A stretch of 21,872 bases of DNA from a virus (lineage: Duplodnaviria > Heunggongvirae > Uroviricota > Caudoviricetes), in IMG/VR virus record IMGVR_UViG_3300042391_000580; one strand, given 5' to 3'. This document shows positions 16,201 through 21,872 of the stretch, one piece after another. The notes below the pieces were generated by a model. The model was not told the DNA's origin. It did no database searches and saw only the letters and a list, made by a program, of their open reading frames with translations. The position numbers were made by a program, and so were the translations under genes. The first letter of the stretch is position 1. Every line of letters starts with the position of its first letter.

Positions 16201-16940
16201 TTTCCTAATGTAGTTGATCCTGTAAATTTTGATAAATAGTTTGTTGTACCATTTGCATTAGCTGGAGTATACCCTAACCATCCTGCAATAGTTTTATTAA
16301 CCCACAGTGTACCATTAAATCCTAAGATGTGTCCATTTATAGGAGTTGTAGTTTTTAGATCTACATCATGTAATTCATCAAGTTCAAAACCATTTTGTAC
16401 TTTAACAAATATTTCACCACTATTTAAGTTTACTCTTGTAACAATACCAATGAAAACTAAATGGGTAGGTGCGTAAGGTTTATTAATTAATCCATAAATA
16501 AGATTACCTCCTGTCCCTAACCAAACAGGATCTCCTGCTGTAGCTCCAATTGTATTTAGTCCTGCAAGTAAACCTTCTGATACAACATTTGCAAAACCGT
16601 TTATTGCAACAGTTGCGTCAAGTAATCCCATTGTTTTACTTGACGTTGCCTCTGAAGTATTTGATGCCAAAGAAGCAAGCATATTTGTGCCATCTGCTCC
16701 GGATATATAGATAGCTTGACCTTTGTTTATAGCGACTGCTGCTTTTACTACATGCTGTAGTCTAGCTGCTGGTGCTCCTACATCTACGCCTAAATCAGAT
16801 AACATTTCTGCACCTGTTCTGTACTTAACTAGGCCGCCATCAGATACAAGAAACTTATCTGTATCTGTAGTGGCATTAGCTATACTTCCAATTGTGGTAG
16901 TGCCTTTTATATCAAGGTTTGAATATATTTTTTGCGACAT
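10248..16940 (-). CDS. Giant modular tail fibre with C-terminal intramolecular chaperone (peptidase S74-like) (2230 aa)
   Basis: C-terminal YSDQSVKENIRP...GFIAQE...VKY......EAVKEQQKQIEELK matches the S74 chaperone pattern (Ser2135/Lys2140). It also has the fibre motifs WHAGNDGSGSGLDADLLDG and NWNTAYSWGNHASAGY, six knob-like domains, four HTH (HxH) motifs and 11 linker repeats. Confidence 0.88.
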   Translation of the reverse strand: MSQKIYSNLDIKGTTTIGSIANATTDTDKFLVSDGGLVKYRTGAEMLSDLGVDVGAPAARLQHVVKAAVAINKGQAIYISGADGTNMLASLASNTSEATSSKTMGLLDATVAINGFANVVSEGLLAGLNTIGATAGDPVWLGTGGNLIYGLINKPYAPTHLVFIGIVTRVNLNSGEIFVKVQNGFELDELHDVDLKTTTPINGHILGFNGTLWVNKTIAGWLGYTPANANGTTNYLSKFTGSTTLGNSLVYDNGTNVLIGTTTDPNYAKLVVSGGNIIIDNNAQFLSKRADGLVLSVFKVNTAHQLEFNPTYGQSLSGYLFSINGSQKMTLSSGGSLTATADMRAPIFYDSDNTNYYLDPAASSNLYDITANKFVKAGGTASQFLKADGTVDSNTYLTSVTNISGYSGTLISEDNRTISPSELAANRLKFGFTSWNNNNSGPYADFLHMRSYQDASGGLDNLVMFRKDAIGMRIWQQTYGSATAYSSYKDISFTDGTNATGTWPISITGSATSAGSVDFNNLTNKTLGTGTYQTSGDFRAPIFYDSDNTGYYVNPAFISRFDTVLGTSIQVQSISPALVIQDTDSSGAAQVGYISYRNTSGAETAWEGFGSALDTDFSIRNTLGRVLLNGTYSEAVGDFRAPIFYDSDNTGYYVNPASTSNTNLFTVNQLLFPSTNFNPATAPRNTEPMSVKMWDNYFNGTGLGDDYGTVLEYYSKIGHVASQVYFDSTGGSWYRTASYAAGWQGWQRYITDVNIGNYAAAANHTHTFDSLTSKTGGTGTYQTSGDFRAPIVYDSNNTAYYLNPDGGSNLNTGNLAGRFTYSDYLVSNNSGGLMGDYNINGTNDKVIWTIGESWPLANMYGLGYSYGNGYGHHLVIKNNGSVYHRISFASEGAFFTGIVTASGSSRAPIFYDTDNTGYYIDAASTSNLNALNLAGDLSFGSQTSTWITSDVMADSIGWNSSYGVYIGSNTLGYSSYIRGNGTFTNNTGTHNLLHADNYTTYTDPRLYRGYSTSGDFQTLQSTAGTVRFDQIGDTGSWSNPPGGYNYGGMLSLRGTNFGFQLWGSHTGNFYFKTQWDNDQYSGWREVIHSANIGSFAATTSHTHTFDSLTSKSSGTSTYQTSGDFRAPIFYDSDNTAYYTNPNGTSSLSLLIADNTIKSRKAQADNDYTTAAIWTESYSTTTTGIAFHISGTVGKFLEMRTNGVLYWDNSIVWHAGNDGSGSGLDADLLDGNHASAFALASHTHPYDNYQYWNLKTNGVQRTTITSNGSLDLVAGTNVSLSYGAGGVVTISSTDTNTVYTHPAYTARNIDTSGAQVIDVFTSDAIGSVTNITTRTMTLADLGYTGATNANFYVLPFTDNSTNWNTAYSWGNHASAGYATAATNRWYDGWVTNPGYDANTIAGSKSGFTYANNAPYSGPLAHIEAGGYGLQFNAPYSSGGYGITFRTRNGDAGTWNPWQYPAVYGVNVNGGGALYALIYYDTNNTAYYLDPASTSNLLGLTVTNTITGNISGNAATATSADQIDGMPFRNTGSNSAINADTLESNGITYYTAGVPNFTGNATDGALYSQAYSSAWQHQIAGDFRSGQIAIRGKNSGTWQAWRTVLDSSNVGTYAAAVSHTHTFDSLTSKTGGTGTYQTSGDFRAPVFYDSNNTGFYIDPNLTSNISKLYHSDNIVATNFGYGQVGLYSSIRYQAVFSMGEAYILPADGTSIGNLYGMAWSHPNAGGVAGNLNTHGLLVTENGSFLAAISGSIRSRDDMRAPIFYDSNNTGYFIDPTSTSNLVGLTVANTISGNITGNAGSASAVAWTNVSSKPDWMTTNSLIASHNNANDWRNSGFYENDGGGSNWPSSTWYNSINVRHSNQSNYHGFQMAMSYYDNNLWFRSYNGAGSFQAWETAIGSGGSNQSKTGFFQSNDSLRAPIFYDSNNTAYYINPADSTTAANLASKVVVQSGSDTIGLQFANSYGNPSVGVYYGSVYTTSSFYAGSPAGTAQDVLGNGARFNIFYERTNTAYYIDPASTSVLNRLSISFNDATYQSGITITNTNTGAQAIAGVNMFSGAYSGSINMFSSGYMDILNNNTTNGAIQFRPRTALSFHIDNVSSTSRITIGSSNTASHPLRVTQQVSNVSIYADYDIVAYSDQSVKENIRPIENVLERINNSRGVLYDRIDSGEKNNIGFIAQELEVEFPELVVTNEDNTKAVKYQNAVAVLFEAVKEQQKQIEELKELVNKLITK
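10932..15911 (-). repeat. 11 dispersed RAPIFYD.(D/N)NT.YY.(D/N)P linker repeats in the 2230 aa fibre
   Basis: RAP[IV][FV]YD cores at 15891-15911, 15306-15326, 15003-15023, 14559-14579, 14205-14225, 13548-13568, 12000-12020, 11652-11672 and 11178-11198; degenerate copies at ~12504-12524 (YALIYYD) and 10932-10952 (RFNIFYE). Confidence 0.95.
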
Positions 16941-16963
16941 GTTGGTTTTAGTCTATTGGGTTA

Positions 16964-18625
16964 TTAGTCAATTTTTTGAACTAACGCTCTTACTGGATTT
17001 GTTGGTGCAGTTATAAATGTTACTGTAACTGCGAATGGAGTGGTCATTGATCTAGCTATATCTGCATAAATTACTTCTCCATTAATAGTGTCAAATAGTT
17101 GTACTATTACATCTGATGTACCTAATCCATGTGCTACTGTTTGTGCACCAACTGTTGCTGTTAGTGTGACAGCGTATGAATCTGCTGCTGCTTGGTTTGC
17201 AATGTAAGTTGCAAGAGTTGCTGGAGTTACAGCTCTAACTGTATCTGTACCTGCGTTTACCTCTGCTTGTGTTGCTAACTCGATTACTCCGACTGCTGTT
17301 TCTGATGCATTATTTGCTGCAATTGTGAAAGCTTTTGCTGTACCTGATGAAGTATCTGTTATAGTTATACCATTTCCTTGTGTAAGTGCTATACTTGTTA
17401 CAGTGGCATCTCCTGAAATAGGTATGTTATAAAAAGTTGTTCCATCATTTGTGAAAGTCCATCTATCTGTAGACTCATTCCACACTAAGGATACATTTGT
17501 TAACGTGCCTCTTTCTATTTCAATACCTCCATTTTCAGTTGGTGCTGATCCGGTGTAGTTGCTGTTTAATGTGATTATATTATCAGCAAGGTTTATAGTC
17601 TCTGTATTTACTGTAGTAGTAGTTCCACTTACTGTTAAATCTCCAGATATGATTACATTATTTGAGAATGTTTTATCTCCTGCAAAAGTTTGCCCATTTG
17701 TTGTAACAACCCCTGATGCTGTAGCAGATGCTGATGGTATTGCTGCGTATGGTACTGCTGACATACCAACTCCTGTTAAAGACCCTGTAGGCCCTGCTGT
17801 AGTTCCCCCGGTCCATGCGAATGCTGTAGGGTACCAGTTAGTATCTAAATTTGCTGGTAATGTAAGAGTTAAGTTACTCTTTGTTACAAGGTGTCCTTGT
17901 GCGTCATATGTAACATAAGGTACAATAAAGGTTCCACCATAAGCTAGGGTTCTTGTTACGCCTGTATCACCAAAGTTACTTGCTGTTACAGCATTAGAGT
18001 GGTTAAAAGTTGTACCAGATAATGATAAACCAGTACCTGCTGTATAAGTTGTATTTGTGTCTGTAGATGCTATTGTTATAGTATCTGTTGTATCGTTTGT
18101 TGTTATAGTTACGTTTGATCCTGCTACTAATGTTAATGTGTCATTATTAGAGTCCGCTACTACTGTATTTTGTCCTGCTACTGCAAAGTTTTTGAATATG
18201 TTTTGTGAAGATCCAAGATCTGTATTTGTTACTGTAACTGCTCCTGTAGCACTGTTTACTGATATTCCAGTACCTGCTATTATTGATGTGACGGATGCTG
18301 TACCTCCTGTGATATAGTCATAAAGTAAGTCTGAAGTTACAAGCCCTGTTCCTCCGTTAGTAACTGTTGATGCAATATCTAAAGCTAACGATACTGCTCC
18401 AGTTGTTCCACTTGTTACTGTTAATTGTGAGGTTGTTGATGCAACACTTGTAATATCACCTACTGGTGTCCAGTTTGCTCCATCATGTATGTAAAGTTTT
18501 TTATCACCTACTGAAGAGTTATAATAAATTTGCCCCTCTACGCCTGTTGGGGGTGTTCCTAGTGGGTGTATTACAGCATTCTGTAATTGATTTTTGCTTA
18601 AGTCAATGTGAGCTAAAAATTTCAT
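16964..18625 (-). CDS. Tail fibre-like structural protein (553 aa)
   Basis: Thr/Gly-rich; AGTGI/AGTGL stalk repeats; GDLTVSGTTTTVNTETINLADNIITLN...GIEIERG...WNE..D.W domain; ASE...GVIELATQAEVNAGTD...AVTPATL repeat reminiscent of T4 gp34/gp12-type fibre repeats; C-terminal H.LG domain. Confidence 0.75.
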   Translation of the reverse strand: MKFLAHIDLSKNQLQNAVIHPLGTPPTGVEGQIYYNSSVGDKKLYIHDGANWTPVGDITSVASTTSQLTVTSGTTGAVSLALDIASTVTNGGTGLVTSDLLYDYITGGTASVTSIIAGTGISVNSATGAVTVTNTDLGSSQNIFKNFAVAGQNTVVADSNNDTLTLVAGSNVTITTNDTTDTITIASTDTNTTYTAGTGLSLSGTTFNHSNAVTASNFGDTGVTRTLAYGGTFIVPYVTYDAQGHLVTKSNLTLTLPANLDTNWYPTAFAWTGGTTAGPTGSLTGVGMSAVPYAAIPSASATASGVVTTNGQTFAGDKTFSNNVIISGDLTVSGTTTTVNTETINLADNIITLNSNYTGSAPTENGGIEIERGTLTNVSLVWNESTDRWTFTNDGTTFYNIPISGDATVTSIALTQGNGITITDTSSGTAKAFTIAANNASETAVGVIELATQAEVNAGTDTVRAVTPATLATYIANQAAADSYAVTLTATVGAQTVAHGLGTSDVIVQLFDTINGEVIYADIARSMTTPFAVTVTFITAPTNPVRALVQKID

Positions 18626-18640
18626 AATTTTAGTGGTTTT

Positions 18641-19000
18641 TTAGTTTAGATAAGCTTTCCCTGAAAAGGTTGCTTGGAATCTTATTGTTATTTTATTTGT
18701 ACTATTGTACTCAATGTCTCCTATGACTACGCTATCTCCTGAATCTACTATGAATGCTGCTACAAACTTACCTAAGTTGTGTTGTATTTCCCATACATTA
18801 GATGCGGCTAATTGTGTATGCACATAGTTTTTATCACCCACTACTGTACCCTCATTGTCTATTAGTGGTACAGGTATCCCGTTTAAATCTGTGATGTATG
18901 TTGTTACATCTTGTTCTCCAGTGTCCTTTACATAGTATACTGAATTTGGTCTTGGGTTAGCAGGTAAAACTTTTACTTTATAATGTTTTACTTCTTGCAT
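18641..19000 (-). CDS. Small fibre-associated protein with HNLG domain (119 aa)
   Basis: C-terminal YVHTQ....VWEIQHNLGK.....VDS....VIGDIEY...N.ITI.F...FSGKAYLN pattern, recalled from phage structural genes preceding fibre genes; related to the C-terminus of the 553 aa protein. Confidence 0.6.
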   Translation of the reverse strand: MQEVKHYKVKVLPANPRPNSVYYVKDTGEQDVTTYITDLNGIPVPLIDNEGTVVGDKNYVHTQLAASNVWEIQHNLGKFVAAFIVDSGDSVVIGDIEYNSTNKITIRFQATFSGKAYLN

Positions 19001-19001
19001 G

Positions 19002-19349
19002 TTACCATTCTAGTTTTTCCCAATCACAACATTCGTTGCTCATTGAGTTTAGTTGATCAATACCGTATGGTATATCGTATAATTTAAAATCCTTAATTTT
19101 TATCTTGTATTTAGATCCCTCTAAATCACCATTAATTTTTTTAAATACCCAGTCAATTAATTCACACTCATCTGTACAAAGTATATTGTAAAACATTTGA
19201 GAGTGTTTTAATTTGTCTCTATCTAATGTATTGCCTACCCCAAACTTTTTGTTTAGGTAGTACAAGTCAGCATTAACTAGTATGTCTTTTTCAAATTTGT
19301 CAAAGTAGTTTTCCTGACTTAGTTCTAAGTAGTTTTCTTGTCCTGCCAT
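19002..19349 (-). CDS. Conserved-looking small structural protein (115 aa), candidate tail hub protein B
   Basis: ORF track; 1 nt gaps to both neighbours; Cys motifs LCTDEC and ECC. The hub call is positional inference from crAss001-type gene order (hub A, hub B, ring). Confidence 0.4.
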   Translation of the reverse strand: MAGQENYLELSQENYFDKFEKDILVNADLYYLNKKFGVGNTLDRDKLKHSQMFYNILCTDECELIDWVFKKINGDLEGSKYKIKIKDFKLYDIPYGIDQLNSMSNECCDWEKLEW

Positions 19350-19350
19350 T

Positions 19351-19899
19351 TTATATACAGTCTAAACATTCTCCTAATCCTTTTAGTATTGATTTTGCTT
19401 CAGAAAAGAAACGATCTGCTTTTACAAAATCGCCTAGTTTTGCGTGTGATTTGGCTACTTTTATTAACCAGTCAACATCGTATAATTTTTCTCGGAAAGC
19501 TTTATCATTCTTAGAGTATTCAAAGCCATGTTTTACCATGACTTTTGAAAGCTCTAATTCTGTTCTATCTGTTTTTAAGTAGTATTTAGTTTTTTCGAAA
19601 TTACTATACCCACTTTTTAAAACTATTGTATAAACCCCGTCTGGTAAATCTGCATAAACTTCATCTTTACAGTCGTTTGTAAAACAAGTTATACCAAGGT
19701 TGTGGCTATTATAAGCATTTATTGCCTTTTTCTTAAATGTAAAAACTAGTGCTCTTTTTGATCCAGGTAAAGTAATTAGTATATTTGCAGGTAATGTTTC
19801 TGCGTGTACCCAATCACTATTATCCCCTATCCAAAGGGTTTGGACTGTAGATTGAATTACATCAAAGTCTATTTTTATTTCTCCTATTACTTGTGCCAT
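19351..19899 (-). CDS. Structural protein (182 aa), candidate tail hub protein A
   Basis: Beta-rich N-terminal domain with DLPDGVYTI, followed by a helical C-terminal part ending ECLDCI; paired with the 115 aa gene. The hub call is inference from gene order and recalled motif. Confidence 0.45.
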   Translation of the reverse strand: MAQVIGEIKIDFDVIQSTVQTLWIGDNSDWVHAETLPANILITLPGSKRALVFTFKKKAINAYNSHNLGITCFTNDCKDEVYADLPDGVYTIVLKSGYSNFEKTKYYLKTDRTELELSKVMVKHGFEYSKNDKAFREKLYDVDWLIKVAKSHAKLGDFVKADRFFSEAKSILKGLGECLDCI

Positions 19900-19919
19900 T
19901 GGTTTTTATTTTTTAATTT

Positions 19920-21359
19920 TTATACTACTGCTGTTGCTGGCATTGTAAACCACTCTCCTATATTTGTTCTTAGGTAAATTGTTGGTCCACCGGAAATATT
20001 AGGAAATAATATTTTACATCCTATAGGCCAATAAGCTGTAGATAAACTTGTTAGTGTAGCTAAAGTTGGTGTTGTACTGCTATAATCTACAATGGTATCT
20101 CTTGCTCTATCTTCAGTTAACCTAAACAAAGTTGTGCTGTTTGTACCAGAGTCTTCTTTTAACAGTAAATAATATGAATTAGATTTTAAGTCCACACTAC
20201 TGTTACCATTAACATTCTCATTTAATATTGAAAAGTTAACATCAAAGTTACTTGTATTTTTTAAATATATAGCTCTACCTATTCTAGGTGTCTCTGTTAA
20301 CTTTATTCCTTTACCTCCAGCTGAAGCAAAAATTCTTACAAACCCAACTCCTGAAAAGTTAGTTGGTGTATCATTAGCTGTCACTTGTGTAGAAGACCCA
20401 CTAAAACCCATAAGTTTTGAAGTCCAAGTACTCAAACCAGTTTTTATATAAGCTGTTGCTCCATTTAATATGTTAGGACAATATACTGTAAGTCCTATAA
20501 TATTAAAGTAGTCAGGGTATGCGTTATTTAACAGTGTATCGTTTAAAGTTGTAGTTGTAGTATTTACAGCTACAAGAGGGTATGTTGTACCATTACCATG
20601 AGCTTTTCCACCAATTAAGACAGGAGATCTTTGTAATGCTTCAACAGCCCAGAAATTTGTCCCTAAAGAAGTAAATTTATAATACTGGTTAAACTCTACT
20701 TGTAATTGAGAGGTGCTTGTGTTGTATGTAGTTGCAAGAGTAGCACCTAATCCATGAGCATATATATAAGAGCTGTTACCATTACCACTAGATACTATGA
20801 TTTCTTTACCTACTACAGTTGTATTTGGTAAAATAAACATGCTCCCTGAGCCTGCACCTAGTTGTAAAATGTTTATGTCATTGCTTAACACAGCTGGTGA
20901 TCCGTTAACTCCACCAAAAATTAAACCTTGAGTCTTAACTGGTGCTGTACCTGCTGGTCCTTGAGGTCCTTCTGGTCCTTGTGCTCCTACTGCTCCTGCT
21001 TGCCCTTGTGCTCCTTGTGCTGCTAATAAAGCCCAGTGTACTGTATCGGTTTCTGGGTCGGTATTGCCTGTTCCTGTTACTGGAGAAATACAAAACCAAG
21101 ATGCTCCATTAAATGCAACTGCATCATCTGCAGCATATGCTGTATCTGCATCCCATAAACCTTGCCATTCTAAACCTGCTGGTCCTACTGGCCCTAAAGC
21201 TCCTTGAGGCCCTGCTGGTCCTTGTATACCTTGTGGTCCTGCTGGTCCTTGGTTAGATCCTAGATTATCTACTACTTTTGATAAAGCATCTACTTCTTCT
21301 GGTAATCTCCACCAATTTACTTTTGGCTCTAATGGGAATTTATTTTTTTGACTTTTCAT
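19920..21359 (-). CDS. Collagen-like repeat fibre protein (479 aa)
   Basis: Two runs of 8 Gly-X-Y triplets flank a W.G.W.....Y...D.V.FNG.SW module, followed by two diverged tandem copies of a two-module beta-rich unit. Confidence 0.8.
   Translation of the reverse strand: MKSQKNKFPLEPKVNWWRLPEEVDALSKVVDNLGSNQGPAGPQGIQGPAGPQGALGPVGPAGLEWQGLWDADTAYAADDAVAFNGASWFCISPVTGTGNTDPETDTVHWALLAAQGAQGQAGAVGAQGPEGPQGPAGTAPVKTQGLIFGGVNGSPAVLSNDINILQLGAGSGSMFILPNTTVVGKEIIVSSGNGNSSYIYAHGLGATLATTYNTSTSQLQVEFNQYYKFTSLGTNFWAVEALQRSPVLIGGKAHGNGTTYPLVAVNTTTTTLNDTLLNNAYPDYFNIIGLTVYCPNILNGATAYIKTGLSTWTSKLMGFSGSSTQVTANDTPTNFSGVGFVRIFASAGGKGIKLTETPRIGRAIYLKNTSNFDVNFSILNENVNGNSSVDLKSNSYYLLLKEDSGTNSTTLFRLTEDRARDTIVDYSSTTPTLATLTSLSTAYWPIGCKILFPNISGGPTIYLRTNIGEWFTMPATAVV
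20943..21248 (-). repeat. Two collagen (Gly-X-Y)8 tracts
   Basis: GPAGPQGIQGPAGPQGALGPVGPAG (~21174-21248) and GAQGQAGAVGAQGPEGPQGPAGTA (20943-21014). Confidence 0.95.
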
Positions 21360-21370
21360 TTTTTTGTTTT

Positions 21371-21847
21371 TTAAAATAGTTTATATTGAATAATTAATCC
21401 CCAACTAGCTTTTTCTGTGCTTCTTATACTATAATTTAGTCCTGTTGACCATTTACTGTATTCGAGTAGTAAGTTTCCATATGCTGTAATACTTGATGTA
21501 GATAACTCATTCGATCTTACACCGGCATACCCATGGAACTCTATTTTTTTAGGCTTGTTAAGTATCTCGTTTTGTACTTGTATGAAATCTTTTTGGCCAG
21601 ATATTATATCACTGTTGATTGATACTTGGTTTTCAAGATTTATAACTACCTTTTGTAAATTTAATATTCTTTTGTCTTGTTCTTTTACAAGCTCCTTGCA
21701 AGAGTCATACTTTACTAAGTCTATTGCTGTAAGTCTAGCCTCTCTTTCTGATAATACAACTATACTATCTTTCTTCTGAGTATCTATCTGTGAAAAACTT
21801 TTGCAACCCACTAATAGTAAGACTATCAATAACTTTAATTTGTACAT
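21371..21847 (-). CDS. Exported coiled-coil protein, spanin-like candidate (158 aa)
   Basis: N-terminal basic plus hydrophobic signal (MYKLKLLIVLLLVGC), central heptad region (KELVKEQDKRILNLQKVVINLENQVS), and amphipathic beta-strand C-terminus ending YKLF. A lysis role is inference. Confidence 0.5.
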   Translation of the reverse strand: MYKLKLLIVLLLVGCKSFSQIDTQKKDSIVVLSEREARLTAIDLVKYDSCKELVKEQDKRILNLQKVVINLENQVSINSDIISGQKDFIQVQNEILNKPKKIEFHGYAGVRSNELSTSSITAYGNLLLEYSKWSTGLNYSIRSTEKASWGLIIQYKLF

Positions 21848-21872
21848 ACTCTTTTTCTTTTATTTTTTTTAT

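Noticed and set aside
10248-16940. Shufflon or invertible fibre cassettes
   Set aside because: All repeats are direct and in frame within one ORF. No inverted silent cassettes or recombinase gene are seen here, although one outside the window cannot be excluded.
117-21779. All plus-strand ORFs in the track (e.g. 117-434, 6090-6443, 10168-10533, 17559-17918, 21555-21779)
   Set aside because: Each lies antisense to a long, motif-bearing minus-strand gene. They are short and fit shadow frames arising from codon bias.
1-21872. Stop-codon reassignment (TAG or TGA), known in some crAss-like phages
   Set aside because: The apparent 3.4 kb gap is an edge effect. All genes, including the 6.7 kb one, are open in the standard code. 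The two TAG and one TGA stops sit at sensible gene boundaries, and TAG readthrough would not create in-frame fusions.

Overview
A 21.9 kb, AT-rich (roughly one-third GC by eye), densely packed block of 19 genes, all on the minus strand and all readable in the standard code. It looks like the virion tail and fibre region of a crAss-like (Crassvirales-type) phage infecting Bacteroidota; this assignment rests on recalled gene order and motifs, not a database search. In transcription order (right to left): a secreted coiled-coil protein, possibly lysis-related (158 aa); a collagen-containing fibre (479 aa); two small proteins at the position expected for tail-hub proteins (182, 115 aa); a ~13.4 kb fibre island; a terminator plus a Bacteroidota-type promoter; then the core run ring protein, HU/IHF-like protein, tail tubular/ring protein and muzzle/tail-stabilisation protein. 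The island holds 119, 553, 2230, 128, 139, 169, 44, 147, 122, 673 and 92 aa proteins. The ORF track missed the >1123 aa muzzle gene (runs off the left edge) and a 44 aa basic microprotein, and over-extended one start codon. The most striking element is the 2230 aa fibre: 11 linker repeats (RAPIFYD..NT.YY.DP) in strict long/short alternation separate six divergent knob-like domains, with four HxH motifs and a C-terminal S74-type chaperone. No RNA genes, CRISPR array, recombinase or reverse transcriptase are visible. All plus-strand ORFs appear to be shadows.
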